Counted from the first letter of the stretch, positions 1 through 11,500 are shown. The stretch is 64,000 nt of DNA from Betaproteobacteria bacterium (GCA_005881575.1 VBCA01000015.1:16322-80321); one strand, 5' to 3'. The notes: generated from the sequence alone by a model not told the origin. Numbers and translations are program-made.

Positions 1-707
1 TCGAGCGCGGGATTCGGCGCGACCTGCATCACATAGGCGCCCGGCAGAAGCGCCTGTGTGCGCTTCAGCGCCTCGGGCGAAGTGCCGACTTCCAGGACGC
101 GCAGTCCTCCGACGCTCGCGTTCGCCTGCTTGATCGCCGCCGAGCCCAGGGCGAAGAACAGCACGTCGACTTTGCCGCTCATGAAGTCCTCCGCCTGCCG
201 GACGACGTTCGGCGCGGGAACCCTCACCACGTCGCCGTACCCCAGCCCCATGTTCGCGAGGTGCGCCTCGATGATCCGCGCGATCGTCTTTTGCGCGTTG
301 AACTCGCTCGAGACGCGCTTGCCTTTGAGATCGGTGATCGAATTGATCCTGGAGTCGGCGCGCACGTGCATGGCGACCCGGTACGGAATGAGCGAGCCGA
401 CGTAGCGCATCGCCGGTTGCCTGCCCCGGCCTTCGTATTCCCCGGTGCCGGTCGAATAGAAAGTCGCGTCGAACGAGTTCGACACGTTGAAATCGGCCGA
501 GCCGCTTTCCACTTCCTCGAACCCCGTGCTCGCCTGTGCCTGGACGATGGCCCGGAGCTTCGCCCTCTCGACCAGCACTTTGGCGATCGCCTGCCCCGCA
601 GAGTTGGAGAAGGACCCCGCCGGGGTGGTCACGATGCCGATCGTCTGGGCGACTGCCGCAGCCGTCAGGAAGGGCGCACACAGGACAACGGCGCGCAGCG
701 ATTTCAT
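1..707 (-). CDS. TAXI-family TRAP transporter solute-binding subunit (3' end outside window)
   Basis: Manually translated, not in ORF track: MKSLRAVVLCAPFLTAAAVAQTIGIVTTPAGSFSNS...DLKGKRV...GKVDVLFFALG; signal peptide and G-rich RBS upstream of ATG 707. Confidence 0.8.
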   Translation of the reverse strand, partial: MKSLRAVVLCAPFLTAAAVAQTIGIVTTPAGSFSNSAGQAIAKVLVERAKLRAIVQAQASTGFEEVESGSADFNVSNSFDATFYSTGTGEYEGRGRQPAMRYVGSLIPYRVAMHVRADSRINSITDLKGKRVSSEFNAQKTIARIIEAHLANMGLGYGDVVRVPAPNVVRQAEDFMSGKVDVLFFALGSAAIKQANASVGGLRVLEVGTSPEALKRTQALLPGAYVMQVAPNPAL

Positions 708-735
708 GGTCGATCCCCCCTCGTATTTTGGCGGG

Positions 736-1923
736 CTAGGCCGCCATTTCTTTGGCGGTCGCTTTCTCTTCCTCGGTCGGGAACAGCAACGCTGCAGTAA
801 AAGTGATGAAGGCGAGCGTTCCGAGCACGTAGTACAGGAGCTTAAAGTCCCCGCTCGACTTGTAGACCCAGGCGACGAGCGGCACGGCTAGCGCGCTCGC
901 TCCGAACGAGACCACGTAGCGCACCGCATAGGCGCGTGCGCGCCATTCTTCCGCGGTGTAACGGGCGATCATGGCGTCGTTGATCGGGATCTGCCCGAAC
1001 ACGAAGAACATCATCGCCACGGCGGTCGCAAGCATCAGGTAGCTTTCGGTCGTTCCGGCGAGAGCGAGGAGCGGTACCTGGAGCGCGACCACCGGGACGA
1101 ACACCGATTTGAGCGGGCGCCGGTCGAGCCACCAGCCGACGCAGAGCTGCGCCACCGCAGCGATCAGATAGACGCCGCACACGAGCATCCCGATGCCGAA
1201 GGTCGAATGGGTCAGGGCCGAGAGGCGCTCGTCGAACACCTTGGGCATGGAAATGGTCGCTGCGTTGAAGATCACCCCGCCGCAGGCGGTGGCGACAGTG
1301 AGGACTGCGAACACGCGGGCGAGGTCCGCGCGCGAGGCCTTGTAGAACCCGCTCCGGCGCAGCGGCGTCTCGGCCTGCGTTTCGCTTGTGAACAGCACGA
1401 ATGCCGCACCCACGCCGAGGGCGATTGCGCCCGGAACGATGAACGCCGCCCGCCAGCCGACGGCGTCGGCGAGGGCGCCCGCGATCAGCGCGGAGAACGC
1501 GACGCCGACGTTGCCGAAGACCCCGTTCACTCCGAGGACCCGGCCCACGTTCTCCCGGTTCGCGACGAGCATGGCGATGCCGACCGGGTGGTAGATCGCA
1601 GCGAACACGCCGACGAGCGTGAGGCCGAGGGCGATGTGCAGCGGGCCGGTGGCGAAGCCTGTGAGGATGCTCGCGGTGCCGATGCCGAAGAAGAACACCA
1701 CCATCAAGCCTCGCCGGCTCCAGCGGTCGGCGAGCCAGCCTGCAGGGATCGAAAAAGCGCCAAAGGCGATGAAGCCGCCGAGGGAGAGCGGCAGGAGATC
1801 CGCGTAGCCGCGGCCGAGCTCCGCACCCATCGCGAGCACCACAGTGGGGAAAATGAGCATGAGGAGGTGATCGAGCGTATGCCCGAGGTTGAGGAACAGG
1901 CTCATGCCGCGCGAGGCGCCCAT
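736..1923 (-). CDS. MFS transporter
   Basis: Many hydrophobic helices, motif A GWLADRWSRR; start 1923 or 1905 (track ORF over-extended). Confidence 0.9.
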   Translation of the reverse strand: MGASRGMSLFLNLGHTLDHLLMLIFPTVVLAMGAELGRGYADLLPLSLGGFIAFGAFSIPAGWLADRWSRRGLMVVFFFGIGTASILTGFATGPLHIALGLTLVGVFAAIYHPVGIAMLVANRENVGRVLGVNGVFGNVGVAFSALIAGALADAVGWRAAFIVPGAIALGVGAAFVLFTSETQAETPLRRSGFYKASRADLARVFAVLTVATACGGVIFNAATISMPKVFDERLSALTHSTFGIGMLVCGVYLIAAVAQLCVGWWLDRRPLKSVFVPVVALQVPLLALAGTTESYLMLATAVAMMFFVFGQIPINDAMIARYTAEEWRARAYAVRYVVSFGASALAVPLVAWVYKSSGDFKLLYYVLGTLAFITFTAALLFPTEEEKATAKEMAA

Positions 1924-2020
1924 GGAGAAATGATAACCCGGGCAGGGCCGACGCCGCTTGGCCGGACAGTAGAAATGGGCGCCGTTTAGTAAGACAATTC
2001 CGGCATCACAGGGAACGACG

Positions 2021-3061
2021 ATGATCAAGAATCGAATTGTGGCGGTGTCGGCGGCCTTGCTGCTGGGATGGGGAGGCGCCGCAGCTGAAGAGCCCAAGGA
2101 AAGACCTCGCGTCCAGAAGTCCCAGCAAACCCAGGCGGAGCTCGAAAGGGAGGCGGAGGAGATGCTTGCCGCCGTGGTGCGGGTCAGGATGAAGGCCATT
2201 CCCAACGCCCGCAGCAATACGACCCTGGGCTCGAGCCGCGAGGGAACCGGCGTCGTGATCGACGAGCGCGGGCACATCGTCACGATCGGCTATATCGTGA
2301 TCGAGGCCGATTCGATCGAGATCACCACGCGGGACGAGAGGACCGTTCCCGCCACCTTGGTCGGTTACGACCACGCGAGCGGCTTCGGATTGCTGCGCTC
2401 GGGCGCGCCGTTGGGGGTGAAGCCCATGCCCATGGGGCTGGCAGCCGACCTCGCCATGCGCGAGGCTGTCATGGTCCTGCCGGCGGGCGGCCGCGACGCG
2501 GCGAGTCTTGCGTACGTCGTCTCCAGGCGCAAGTTCGCAGCGAGCTGGGAATATCTGCTCGAGACCGCGATCTTCACGGCGCCGCCGACCCTGCAGTGGG
2601 CGGGCGCGGCGCTGGTAAGCCGCGAAGGGAAACTGGTCGGCATCGGTTCGCTTTACGTGCGCGAAACGCAGGAGAGCGGGTCGGAGATTCCGGGAAACAT
2701 GTTCGTGCCGATCGATCTGCTGAAACCGATCCTCGCCGACCTCATCGAGAAAGGACGCAGGAGCGGGCCTGCGCGTCCGTGGCTGGGTCTCGCGACCGAG
2801 GAGCTGCACGGTCACCTTCTCGTGACGCGTGTTTCGCCGGAGGGCCCCGCGGACAAGGCCGGGGTCAGAAGCGGAGATATCGTCGTGGGCGTCGGCGCGG
2901 ACGCGGTCCAGAGCCACGAGGAGCTCTATCGCAGGGTGTGGGGCCTGGGCGCGGCCGGGGTCGAAGTTCCGCTCAAGATCCTGCAGGGCGCGGACGTGCG
3001 CGAGTTGAGGCTGCGCTCGATCGACCGCTTCCAGTACTTCAGGGAAAAGCCGGTTTACTAG
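2021..3061 (+). CDS. S1C (HtrA-like) trypsin-fold protease with PDZ domain, periplasmic
   Basis: Signal peptide, GTGVVID, GAALVSREGKLVGI, C-terminal PDZ (GPADKAGVRSGDIV); canonical His/Ser motifs look altered (TIGYI, WAGA). Confidence 0.85.
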   Translation: MIKNRIVAVSAALLLGWGGAAAEEPKERPRVQKSQQTQAELEREAEEMLAAVVRVRMKAIPNARSNTTLGSSREGTGVVIDERGHIVTIGYIVIEADSIEITTRDERTVPATLVGYDHASGFGLLRSGAPLGVKPMPMGLAADLAMREAVMVLPAGGRDAASLAYVVSRRKFAASWEYLLETAIFTAPPTLQWAGAALVSREGKLVGIGSLYVRETQESGSEIPGNMFVPIDLLKPILADLIEKGRRSGPARPWLGLATEELHGHLLVTRVSPEGPADKAGVRSGDIVVGVGADAVQSHEELYRRVWGLGAAGVEVPLKILQGADVRELRLRSIDRFQYFREKPVY

Positions 3062-3402
3062 ACTTTCTGCACGGGATGCTTGCCGCAGTGGAGCATGAGC
3101 CCGGCCTCGTGGTGGTCGGCGATGGGGGGTTCCTCACCGAGGGCTCGATAGGCTCCGTTCAGCGCCCGGCCCGCGGCGGTCCAGTTCCAGGCGCGCGTCT
3201 GCGCGCGACTCACCTTGCACATGTCGACGGCGAGCGAGTATCTGCGCAGGCGAATTTCGATTTCCGCTTCGGTGCAATGCGGATTGTCGAGGCGCAGCTG
3301 CCGCTGTATATCCTCGACGCTTGTTTGACGGTGGTACAGATCAGCCACAGTAGGCTTAATCGCGATCATCGTTCTGGGTCCTGCCCCGTTTTCGGGCGCC
3401 AC
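3058..3402 (-). CDS. hypothetical protein (114 aa)
   Basis: GTG start after GGGAGG RBS; stop overlaps the protease stop; no recognisable family. Confidence 0.55.
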   Translation of the reverse strand: MAPENGAGPRTMIAIKPTVADLYHRQTSVEDIQRQLRLDNPHCTEAEIEIRLRRYSLAVDMCKVSRAQTRAWNWTAAGRALNGAYRALGEEPPIADHHEAGLMLHCGKHPVQKV

Positions 3403-3415
3403 GGACACCTCCCAC

Positions 3416-3454
3416 AAAAAAAATCGGCGTAGCCGTAAGACGCGGATACGCCGA
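3416..3454 (-). terminator. intrinsic terminator
   Basis: TCGGCGTA/TACGCCGA stem (3424-3431, 3447-3454) followed by T8 on the minus strand. Confidence 0.7.
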
Positions 3455-3479
3455 AAGGTGCTACGGAGGAGACAGGTTC

Positions 3480-3656
3480 TTACCGGCGGCGGTTGCGCAC
3501 GAGGCGGCGATAGCCGGTTTGGAAATCGTTGGCGACAACGGAGGTGAAGCGGTCTGTTACCTTGCAGCGTTGCATCACCTGATACATGGAGAGCGCGGTA
3601 CCCAGGGCGAGGCTTGCAACGCACAGGATCGGGAGTGCGATGATTACGGTTTCCAT
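3480..3656 (-). CDS. small membrane protein (58 aa)
   Basis: METVIIALPILCVASLALGTALSMYQVMQRCKVTDRFTSVVANDFQTGYRRLVRNRRR; AGGAGA RBS; too short for ORF track. Confidence 0.65.
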   Translation of the reverse strand: METVIIALPILCVASLALGTALSMYQVMQRCKVTDRFTSVVANDFQTGYRRLVRNRRR

Positions 3657-3706
3657 GGTCTGTCTCCTATATTCCGGTAGGCAATCCGTGTCCTTACCCT
3701 ACTTGA

Positions 3707-3723
3707 AGCAGGAAGCGCGCCAA
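3707..3723 (-). promoter_or_regulatory. sigma-54 -24/-12 promoter
   Basis: TTGGCGCGCTTCCTGCT = GG-N10-GC, with AT-rich IHF-like tract immediately upstream. Confidence 0.6.
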
Positions 3724-3877
3724 GCATCATTATGGTGGGAATGTATAACTTAATAGTATGATTAATAACATTTATTCAAAATATGCAGCGAGAATGTCTA
3801 TTTGGAAGTGAGCACACGCTCAGTGGTGCTCGGGTGACAGCGGCGTCAGGGCATTCGCGGGGAGAGGGCCACTTCGT

Positions 3878-4939
3878 TTGAGCGGGCAATTCACGGGCAC
3901 GATGCCGATCCAGGAGCACCAGCGTTTCGACGTGGGAGCGCTGGAGGGCTATCTCCGCAACCACGGTTTTTCCGGGCCCCTCACGGTCGAGCAGTTCAAA
4001 GGCGGCCAGTCGAATCCTACGTATTTGATCGAGGCCGCGGGAAAACACCACGTGCTCCGGGCCAAGCCCGGCCCGGCGGCTAAGCTCCTACCCTCGGCGC
4101 ACGCCGTGGAGCGCGAGTTCCGCGTGATCACGGCGCTCAGGGACGCGGGTATTCCCGTTCCGCGCGCTTACTGCTTGTGCGAGGACGAGAGCGTCATCGG
4201 GCGCGCGTTTTACGTGATGGAGTACGTCGAGGGCCGCGTTCTTTGGGACCAGTCGCTTCCGCACATGACGCCATCAGAGCGCGCAGCGATCTACGACGAG
4301 ATGAACCGCGTGATCGCGGCGCTGCACCGGGTCGATTATGCGGCCGCCGGGCTCTCGGACTACGGAAAACCGGGCAACTATCTCGCGCGGCAGATCGGGC
4401 GCTGGACCAGGCAGTACCGGGCCTCGGAAACCGAGCGAATCGAGCCCATGGACGCTCTGATCGCGTGGCTGCCTGAGAACATTCCGGCCGGGGACGAAAC
4501 GACGGTGGTGCACGGCGATTACCGCATGGACAATCTGATCTTTCATCCGCACGAGCCGAGAATTCTCGCCGTCCTCGACTGGGAGCTTTCAACGCTCGGG
4601 CACCCGCTCGCGGATTTTTCCTATCACTGCATGAGCTGGCATATTCCGCCCGGACAATTTCGCGGCATCGCCGGGCTCGACCTGGCCGCGCTCGGCATTC
4701 CGGGCGAATCGCAATACATTGCGTCATACTGCGAGCGCACCGGCCGCGGGGAGATTGAGCATTGGGACTTCTATCTCGCCTACAATCTGTTCCGTATCGC
4801 CGCGATCCTGCAGGGCGTGATGAAACGCGCGCTCGAGGGCACGGCGGCGAGCGCGCAGGCGCTGGAGGCGGGCCGGCGCGCCCGCCCTCTCGCGGACCTG
4901 GGGTGGAAATACGCCGAAAAGGCGATGCGGACGGCGTAG
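3878..4939 (+). CDS. APH-family phosphotransferase (ACAD10/11 N-terminal kinase-like)
   Basis: GGQSNPTY, SAHAVEREF, HGDYRMDN, LDWEL motifs. Confidence 0.92.
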   Translation: MSGQFTGTMPIQEHQRFDVGALEGYLRNHGFSGPLTVEQFKGGQSNPTYLIEAAGKHHVLRAKPGPAAKLLPSAHAVEREFRVITALRDAGIPVPRAYCLCEDESVIGRAFYVMEYVEGRVLWDQSLPHMTPSERAAIYDEMNRVIAALHRVDYAAAGLSDYGKPGNYLARQIGRWTRQYRASETERIEPMDALIAWLPENIPAGDETTVVHGDYRMDNLIFHPHEPRILAVLDWELSTLGHPLADFSYHCMSWHIPPGQFRGIAGLDLAALGIPGESQYIASYCERTGRGEIEHWDFYLAYNLFRIAAILQGVMKRALEGTAASAQALEAGRRARPLADLGWKYAEKAMRTA

Positions 4940-4951
4940 CACGAGGGCGAA

Positions 4952-6184
<1,233 letters not shown>

Positions 6185-6209
6185 GCCTCGCGTCACGCGA
6201 GCCACCCCG

Positions 6210-6611
6210 TCATCGCTTCCTGTCCGCCAGCGGCGGGACGGGCCGCGGCTTGCGGTCCGTGCCGGTCGCAACGTAGGTGAGCGTCGCTTCGGTGACTTTG
6301 ACGGTTTCGATCTCGGAAGGATTGCGCTGCGCGTACACCTCGACGTAGATGGTGATGGAAGTGGTGCCGACGCGCACGATGTCGCCGTAGAAGGAAAGCA
6401 CGTCGCCGATGGATACGGGCTGCTTGAACTGGAACTCGTTGACCGCGACGGTGACCACGCGGCCGAGCGCGCGTCGCGCGGCGAGCACGCTCCCGGCGAT
6501 GTCGACCTGCGCCATGATCCAGCCGCCGAAAATGTCGCCGTGCTGGTTGGCGTCGGCCGGCATGGGCATGACGCGAAGAATAGGGTCCTTGTCTTGAGGC
6601 AGGTTCGTCAC
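6210..6611 (-). CDS. yciA: acyl-CoA thioesterase (hotdog fold, YciA-like)
   Basis: MPADANQHGDIFGGWIMAQVD. Confidence 0.9.
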   Translation of the reverse strand: MTNLPQDKDPILRVMPMPADANQHGDIFGGWIMAQVDIAGSVLAARRALGRVVTVAVNEFQFKQPVSIGDVLSFYGDIVRVGTTSITIYVEVYAQRNPSEIETVKVTEATLTYVATGTDRKPRPVPPLADRKR

Positions 6612-6620
6612 CGCGCAATG

Positions 6621-7808
6621 TTACCGTGAACGCTCCAGCGCCGCCTCGATACGCGCGATTATCGTGGCGAGTGCGGCGCCGCGCTCGTGGCGGGCGTAGC
6701 GCTTTGCGAACTCGAGCGCCTTCGCGGCGTATTCCCCTTTTTCCGTAAGCGCCGTGAGCGCGGACGCGTAATCGGCGTTCGGCACATCGGGCGCAATGCC
6801 CAGACCCGCGCCTAGGCGCACCACGCGCCTCATGATGAGGAACTGCTCGAGCTGGGTCGGCAGGAGCAGCACCGGCTTTCCGGCGAGCAGCGCCTGCGCG
6901 GTCATCTGGTGGCTCCCGTGGCATACGACGGCGTGCGCCTTCGGCAGCACCTTCGACACCGACATCGCCTCTGCAGAGAAGTCGATCAAGCCTCCGCCGT
7001 ATTTTTCCCTGAGTTTCGGGTCGATGCCGCGGCAGAAGACGAGCGTGGGCGACCCCGACGCCGCGATCGTCGCGAGCAGGGGATCCAGTCCCTTGAAGTA
7101 AGAATAGAGGTAGGCGAACAGGCGCGGGCCGGTACCCGCCGGCCAGTCGGGAACGGCCTTGCCCTCGCCGGAATCGGTGATGCCGTAGTAATCGCAGGGC
7201 CCGCGCTCGGGGTAGATATCGAGCTCGGGATAGGTGAGCAACATGGCCCGGCCGGCAAACAGCTCGCCGATGTTCGCGAGCGGACGCACGCCGTGGCCCG
7301 AGAGCACGGTGTTGATCGCATGCAGCACCCGGCGGTCCGCCGCCTCCAGGCGCGCGCGCGGCGCGGGCTCCCAATGGCGAAGCGGCGGCGAGGGCATCGC
7401 CGGCGGCGGGACGTGAAAGCCCTGCGAAATCTCGAAGCTCGGTATCCCGAGCGTCAACGCAGCGAGGTGCGCGGCGGGCGCGACGTTGGCCACCACCGCG
7501 TGCGAGCCCTTCAGGCGCTCCCGCCAGGCATCGATCAAGGCCTTGTGCTGGGGCGGATCGTGATAGCCGAAGTTGAGCAGGATCTCGCCGAGGCTGAGAG
7601 GAGCCTCGCAGGTCGGCGGCCCGGACCAGATGGGCGCGCTCTCGCGCGGAATTTCCGCCGCGCCGTCGAGGTCGGCACCCGCGGAAAGATCCCGGAGAAG
7701 GAAACGCGCGTCGTGCCCGCGCGTTTTCATCGCTGCCGCGATCGGCAGCAGGGTTGCGACGTGCCCCGTGCCCGCGCCCAGTTCCCAGGCGAAATCGATT
7801 TTCGCCAC
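6621..7808 (-). CDS. GT-B fold glycosyltransferase (GT1/UGT-like)
   Basis: N-terminal WELGAGTGH, C-terminal VVCHGS...AGKPVLLLPTQLEQ nucleotide-sugar binding signature. Confidence 0.85.
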   Translation of the reverse strand: MAKIDFAWELGAGTGHVATLLPIAAAMKTRGHDARFLLRDLSAGADLDGAAEIPRESAPIWSGPPTCEAPLSLGEILLNFGYHDPPQHKALIDAWRERLKGSHAVVANVAPAAHLAALTLGIPSFEISQGFHVPPPAMPSPPLRHWEPAPRARLEAADRRVLHAINTVLSGHGVRPLANIGELFAGRAMLLTYPELDIYPERGPCDYYGITDSGEGKAVPDWPAGTGPRLFAYLYSYFKGLDPLLATIAASGSPTLVFCRGIDPKLREKYGGGLIDFSAEAMSVSKVLPKAHAVVCHGSHQMTAQALLAGKPVLLLPTQLEQFLIMRRVVRLGAGLGIAPDVPNADYASALTALTEKGEYAAKALEFAKRYARHERGAALATIIARIEAALERSR

Positions 7809-7836
7809 TGCGATACGAGTCCTCGAAATGAAGAAG

Positions 7837-7853
7837 CCCGCCTAGAAGGCGGG
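7837..7853 (-). terminator. hairpin / weak intrinsic terminator after the FecR gene
   Basis: CCCGCCT-TCT-AGGCGGG followed by CTTCTTCATTT on the minus strand. Confidence 0.5.
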
Positions 7854-7870
7854 TGTAGCGGCTCAAGGCC

Positions 7871-8599
7871 TTACTGGACCACGCACTCCATGTTCGAGCC
7901 GGCGTTGATGCTGCTCGTCTTCAGCGTTTGCCCGAAGGTGGGCGGCGGGGTGACCTGCGGGAGATTTAGGGGTGGGGGGATCAACTTCGGAGGCAGATTG
8001 ATATTGTTGGAGAAGCCCACCTGTCCGACGCCGACCACGAGCTCAAGGCCGCCCGCAATGAACGCGATCTGCCCCTCGGCCACCGTGACGTACACCCCCG
8101 GCGGTGGCAGGTCCGATGGCGCGCTCTCGCCGGGCCCGGGCGCGGGGATGTCGATCGCCGAATAGTCGGTGCCGCGGATGCCGATGGTGGCGGTGGAGGT
8201 CAACATCCTGTAGGCGCTGCGATTGGGCGTGCGCTTGCCGATCAGCCCGGTGAGGGAACGCAGTCCGCCCCTGAAAAGCTGCATCGCGAAGCTGTCGCGC
8301 TCGGGACGGCCCTCATCGTAGCCGTACGCCTCGATCTTGACCTGAGTGCTGGGCCGCAGCGTCACCTGTCCGCCGTCGGTGAAGCGCAGCTGCGCATAGC
8401 TGTCGCGCTCGGTGGAGATCACGTCGCCGACGAAGACATCGGAGCGCTCTGCCAGAGCCAGCACCGAGCCGTCGGGTCGCTGCACGGAGAGAGTCCCCGA
8501 CAGATGCTGTACGGTGGCCTGCGCGAAGGCGAGCAGAGGGGCGAGCAGCGCAGCCGCCGCGAGAGCGCGGACGGACAGGCGAGGCGCGCTCACTTGCAT
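7871..8599 (-). CDS. FecR-domain periplasmic protein
   Basis: Signal peptide (LAFA|Q), GDVIST...[24 protein letters not shown] FecR-domain motifs; start 8599 ATG or 8593 GTG overlapping the tpsA stop. Confidence 0.85.
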   Translation of the reverse strand: MQVSAPRLSVRALAAAALLAPLLAFAQATVQHLSGTLSVQRPDGSVLALAERSDVFVGDVISTERDSYAQLRFTDGGQVTLRPSTQVKIEAYGYDEGRPERDSFAMQLFRGGLRSLTGLIGKRTPNRSAYRMLTSTATIGIRGTDYSAIDIPAPGPGESAPSDLPPPGVYVTVAEGQIAFIAGGLELVVGVGQVGFSNNINLPPKLIPPPLNLPQVTPPPTFGQTLKTSSINAGSNMECVVQ

Positions 8600-11500
8600 A
8601 TCGCCGCCGCTTTCTTGTCGTCGCGCTTGTCTTTCGTCGGCGCTTCCTCGACGACGCGTGCGCCGAGGGACCCGCTCGCGGCCGTGGTGTTGTAGGCTGC
8701 GGCCACGATCGTATTGGCGAGCGGGTCGCCTGAAACGAAAGTGAACTTGGTGATATTGAGCTGGTTCGGAAACAGCGGCGCGGTCAGGCCGAGGCCGCTC
8801 GCCACCAGATGCAGCGTGCCGAAGGCGCCGATCGTGACTTCGAACGCCCCGGTGGCGGTGCTGTAGGTGAACGGCCCGTTGAGCGTCATGTCGTTCGGAA
8901 GCGTGCTGCCAAGCGAAGGACCCGCGGTCGACAGGAAGATGCCGCTCCCGGCAGTGATGCCCTGCTGGACGTCGAGCGGGCCGAAGCTGTTGATCGTCAC
9001 GTTGCCGGGGCTGCTCACGAGCGAAGTGATCGTCGTCCCGCCGTGAGCATTGAAGAGGATGTCGCCGGTCGTCGTCGTCAGCGTGTTGACGACGGCAGGC
9101 GTGGGGCCGAACGCGTTCAAGTCGATAGCGATGCCGTAGGCGGCGCTCGCGGCCAGCGCCGGAGCCGCGACGGCGAGCGGCGCCGTGGTCGAACCGATCG
9201 CGCCGCCGGCGTTGAGCGTCACTCCTGTGCCGCCTTGAACGCCGTTGCCAAGGGGGCTGCCCGATGTGGAGATTCCCGCAAGGGGGAGACCCGCAGCAGA
9301 CCTGCTGCCGGTGATGTTTCCAGTAGCCGAAATCGAAGCAAGCCTGGAGGCCGAGACCCCTTCTAGCTCCAGGTTTCCGGAGTTGTTGAAAGTGAAGTTG
9401 CCGTTGCTGGCGGAACCCTGGAGAGACTTGACGGTGTTGGTCAGATCGAGCTTGACGTCCGTGCCGGCGGCGACAAGCGAATCCGTCGTCAGCGCCGCTG
9501 TCTGGGCCTGGGTCACTGCTCCGCCCGCGACGATGTCGATCAAGCCACAACACGTGCGGGTGATTCCAGCGCCGTCGAGTCCCCCGTAGGCATTGATCGC
9601 TCCCCCGAGAGCAATGTTGCCGGGAGTGGATATCAGGAATTCACCGCCGGTGCCGCCGAGACCGATCGCGCTGCCGGTGCCGCCGTTTCCGCCGATCGCA
9701 GAGATGGGGCCCATGGATCTGGCATCTCCAGAGATCGAGATCGTTCCCGCTGCGCCGCCGTTGCCGCCCGCGCTTCCTGCGGCTCCGTTGCCGCCCGCTC
9801 CACCGTTGGCGAGGATGTTGCCGCCGACCGTTACCGATTGTCCCTTGCTGCTGATCAACACGTTCCCCGCAGAACCGCCGGAACCGCCTTGACCGACGGT
9901 CACAGTGGCCCCGTTGCCTCCAGAGGTGAGAATGCCGCCAGAAATTGCCACCGTGCCGGAGGTTGCAGTGGCAAGACTTTCGATCGTTACATCCCCGCCG
10001 CGAGAGCCGGCCACGGGTCCGTTGGGGCTGCCGTCCGCTCCGTGAGTGTCGATGAGGCCGTTGACGGTGACGTTGCCGCCGTCGGTCGCAAGCTTCACGC
10101 CGCCGCCGACCCCCAAGGTTCCACCGCTTGTGTTGATGTTGCCGACGGCGACGCCGTAACCGAGGAGATTGGCGCTCCCGCCGTTGGTCGTGATGTTGCC
10201 GAAGCCGGAACTCGAGGTGATGCTGCCGACTCCGCTCGCGGAATTCGACGCCGGATCGTTAGCCCTCAGACTGATGTTCGTGCCGTTGGCGGTGATGTTG
10301 CCGCCCAGGTTGATGTTGTTACCGGCTTGCGCGGTGAAGGCACCTCCTCCATAGGTGAGGTTCAGGTCTGTCTGCAGATTGATGTCGTGATGCGCTTGAA
10401 GGGTCACAGACCCGTTCGTGCGCAAGCCGGCATCTATCGTGCCGATCGTAATCTGAGATAGGCCCAACACGGCAGGATCGTCGAAGCAGATTCCGGCCGG
10501 GCAGGTCAGCAGATCCAGGCCGATAGCTGCGATATTTATGTCAGTCGGATCGAGCAGCCACTCGCCGCCGTTGCCGTTCGGCGCGCTCGTGTCCACGCTG
10601 CCGAATGCCTGCAGCGCCTTGCCCGAAGTCTCGACGAAACCGCCGTTGCCGCCTTGCGAGCCGCCGCGCGCGGAGATGCTGCCGAAGAACTTCGTGGACT
10701 CGTCCGACCATACGATCACGCGGCCGCCATCACCGGTGGTGCCCGCATCGGCACGGATGATTCCGTCCGAACCGATCACGGTCTGCTGCGCGTTCTGGAT
10801 GTCGGGATTGGCGCCGTGCGCGTCGCCGCCGACGAGGACCGTGCCGCCGCCCGAGTCGCCCGATGCGTCGATCACACCGTGGCCGATCACGCCGACGCGC
10901 ACGCCGAGGGCGTGGATCGTTCCGCCTTGGCCCGAGCTGCCCGTGGCCTCCACCGTTCCGGAGATGAGATTGGTGCCGCCCTGCGCTTGAAGCGTTATGG
11001 TGCCTCCGCTCGGTCCGTTGGCGGCGGTGAGGCTGCCGGCGTCCAGGGTGAGATCCCGCGTGGCGATCAGGCGGATCTCGCCGTTGGCGCCGACCACGGC
11101 GCTGTTCGCCTCCACGACGCCGCCCTGGCGCACCAGCGCGCCGAACATGCCGATGCGGCCGGAGTCGGAGATCAGTCGTCCCAGGTTGAGCGCCTGCTCG
11201 GCGTCAGCGACGATGTGCACGGTAACGAAAGGGGAATTCTCGGAGACCAGCTCCACGCTCTTGCCTGCGGCCAGCACGATCTCGCCCTGCGGGGAGCGGA
11301 TGACGCCCGAGTTTTGCACGTCCGCGCCGACCAGGAACACCCGCCCGCCCGGGCCGCCCGAGCTCGTGTCGATCACGCCGGCGTTGGAGACGGCGCCCGC
11401 GCCGGGAGTCTCGGTGAAGCGCAGCCGTCCGTTGAGGAAGTCCTGGTCGGAGAGATTCAGGCTCGAAGCGACGAATCCTGCGACGTCAATGCGCCCGGTC

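Noticed and set aside
7871-7885. C-terminal CVVQ as a CAAX prenylation signal
   Set aside because: Protein is predicted periplasmic and bacteria lack canonical CAAX prenylation; a disulfide role is more plausible
9590-10200. Gly-rich repeats in TpsA as a DNA repeat element
   Set aside because: Degenerate GGNGG coding repeats typical of beta-helical exoproteins
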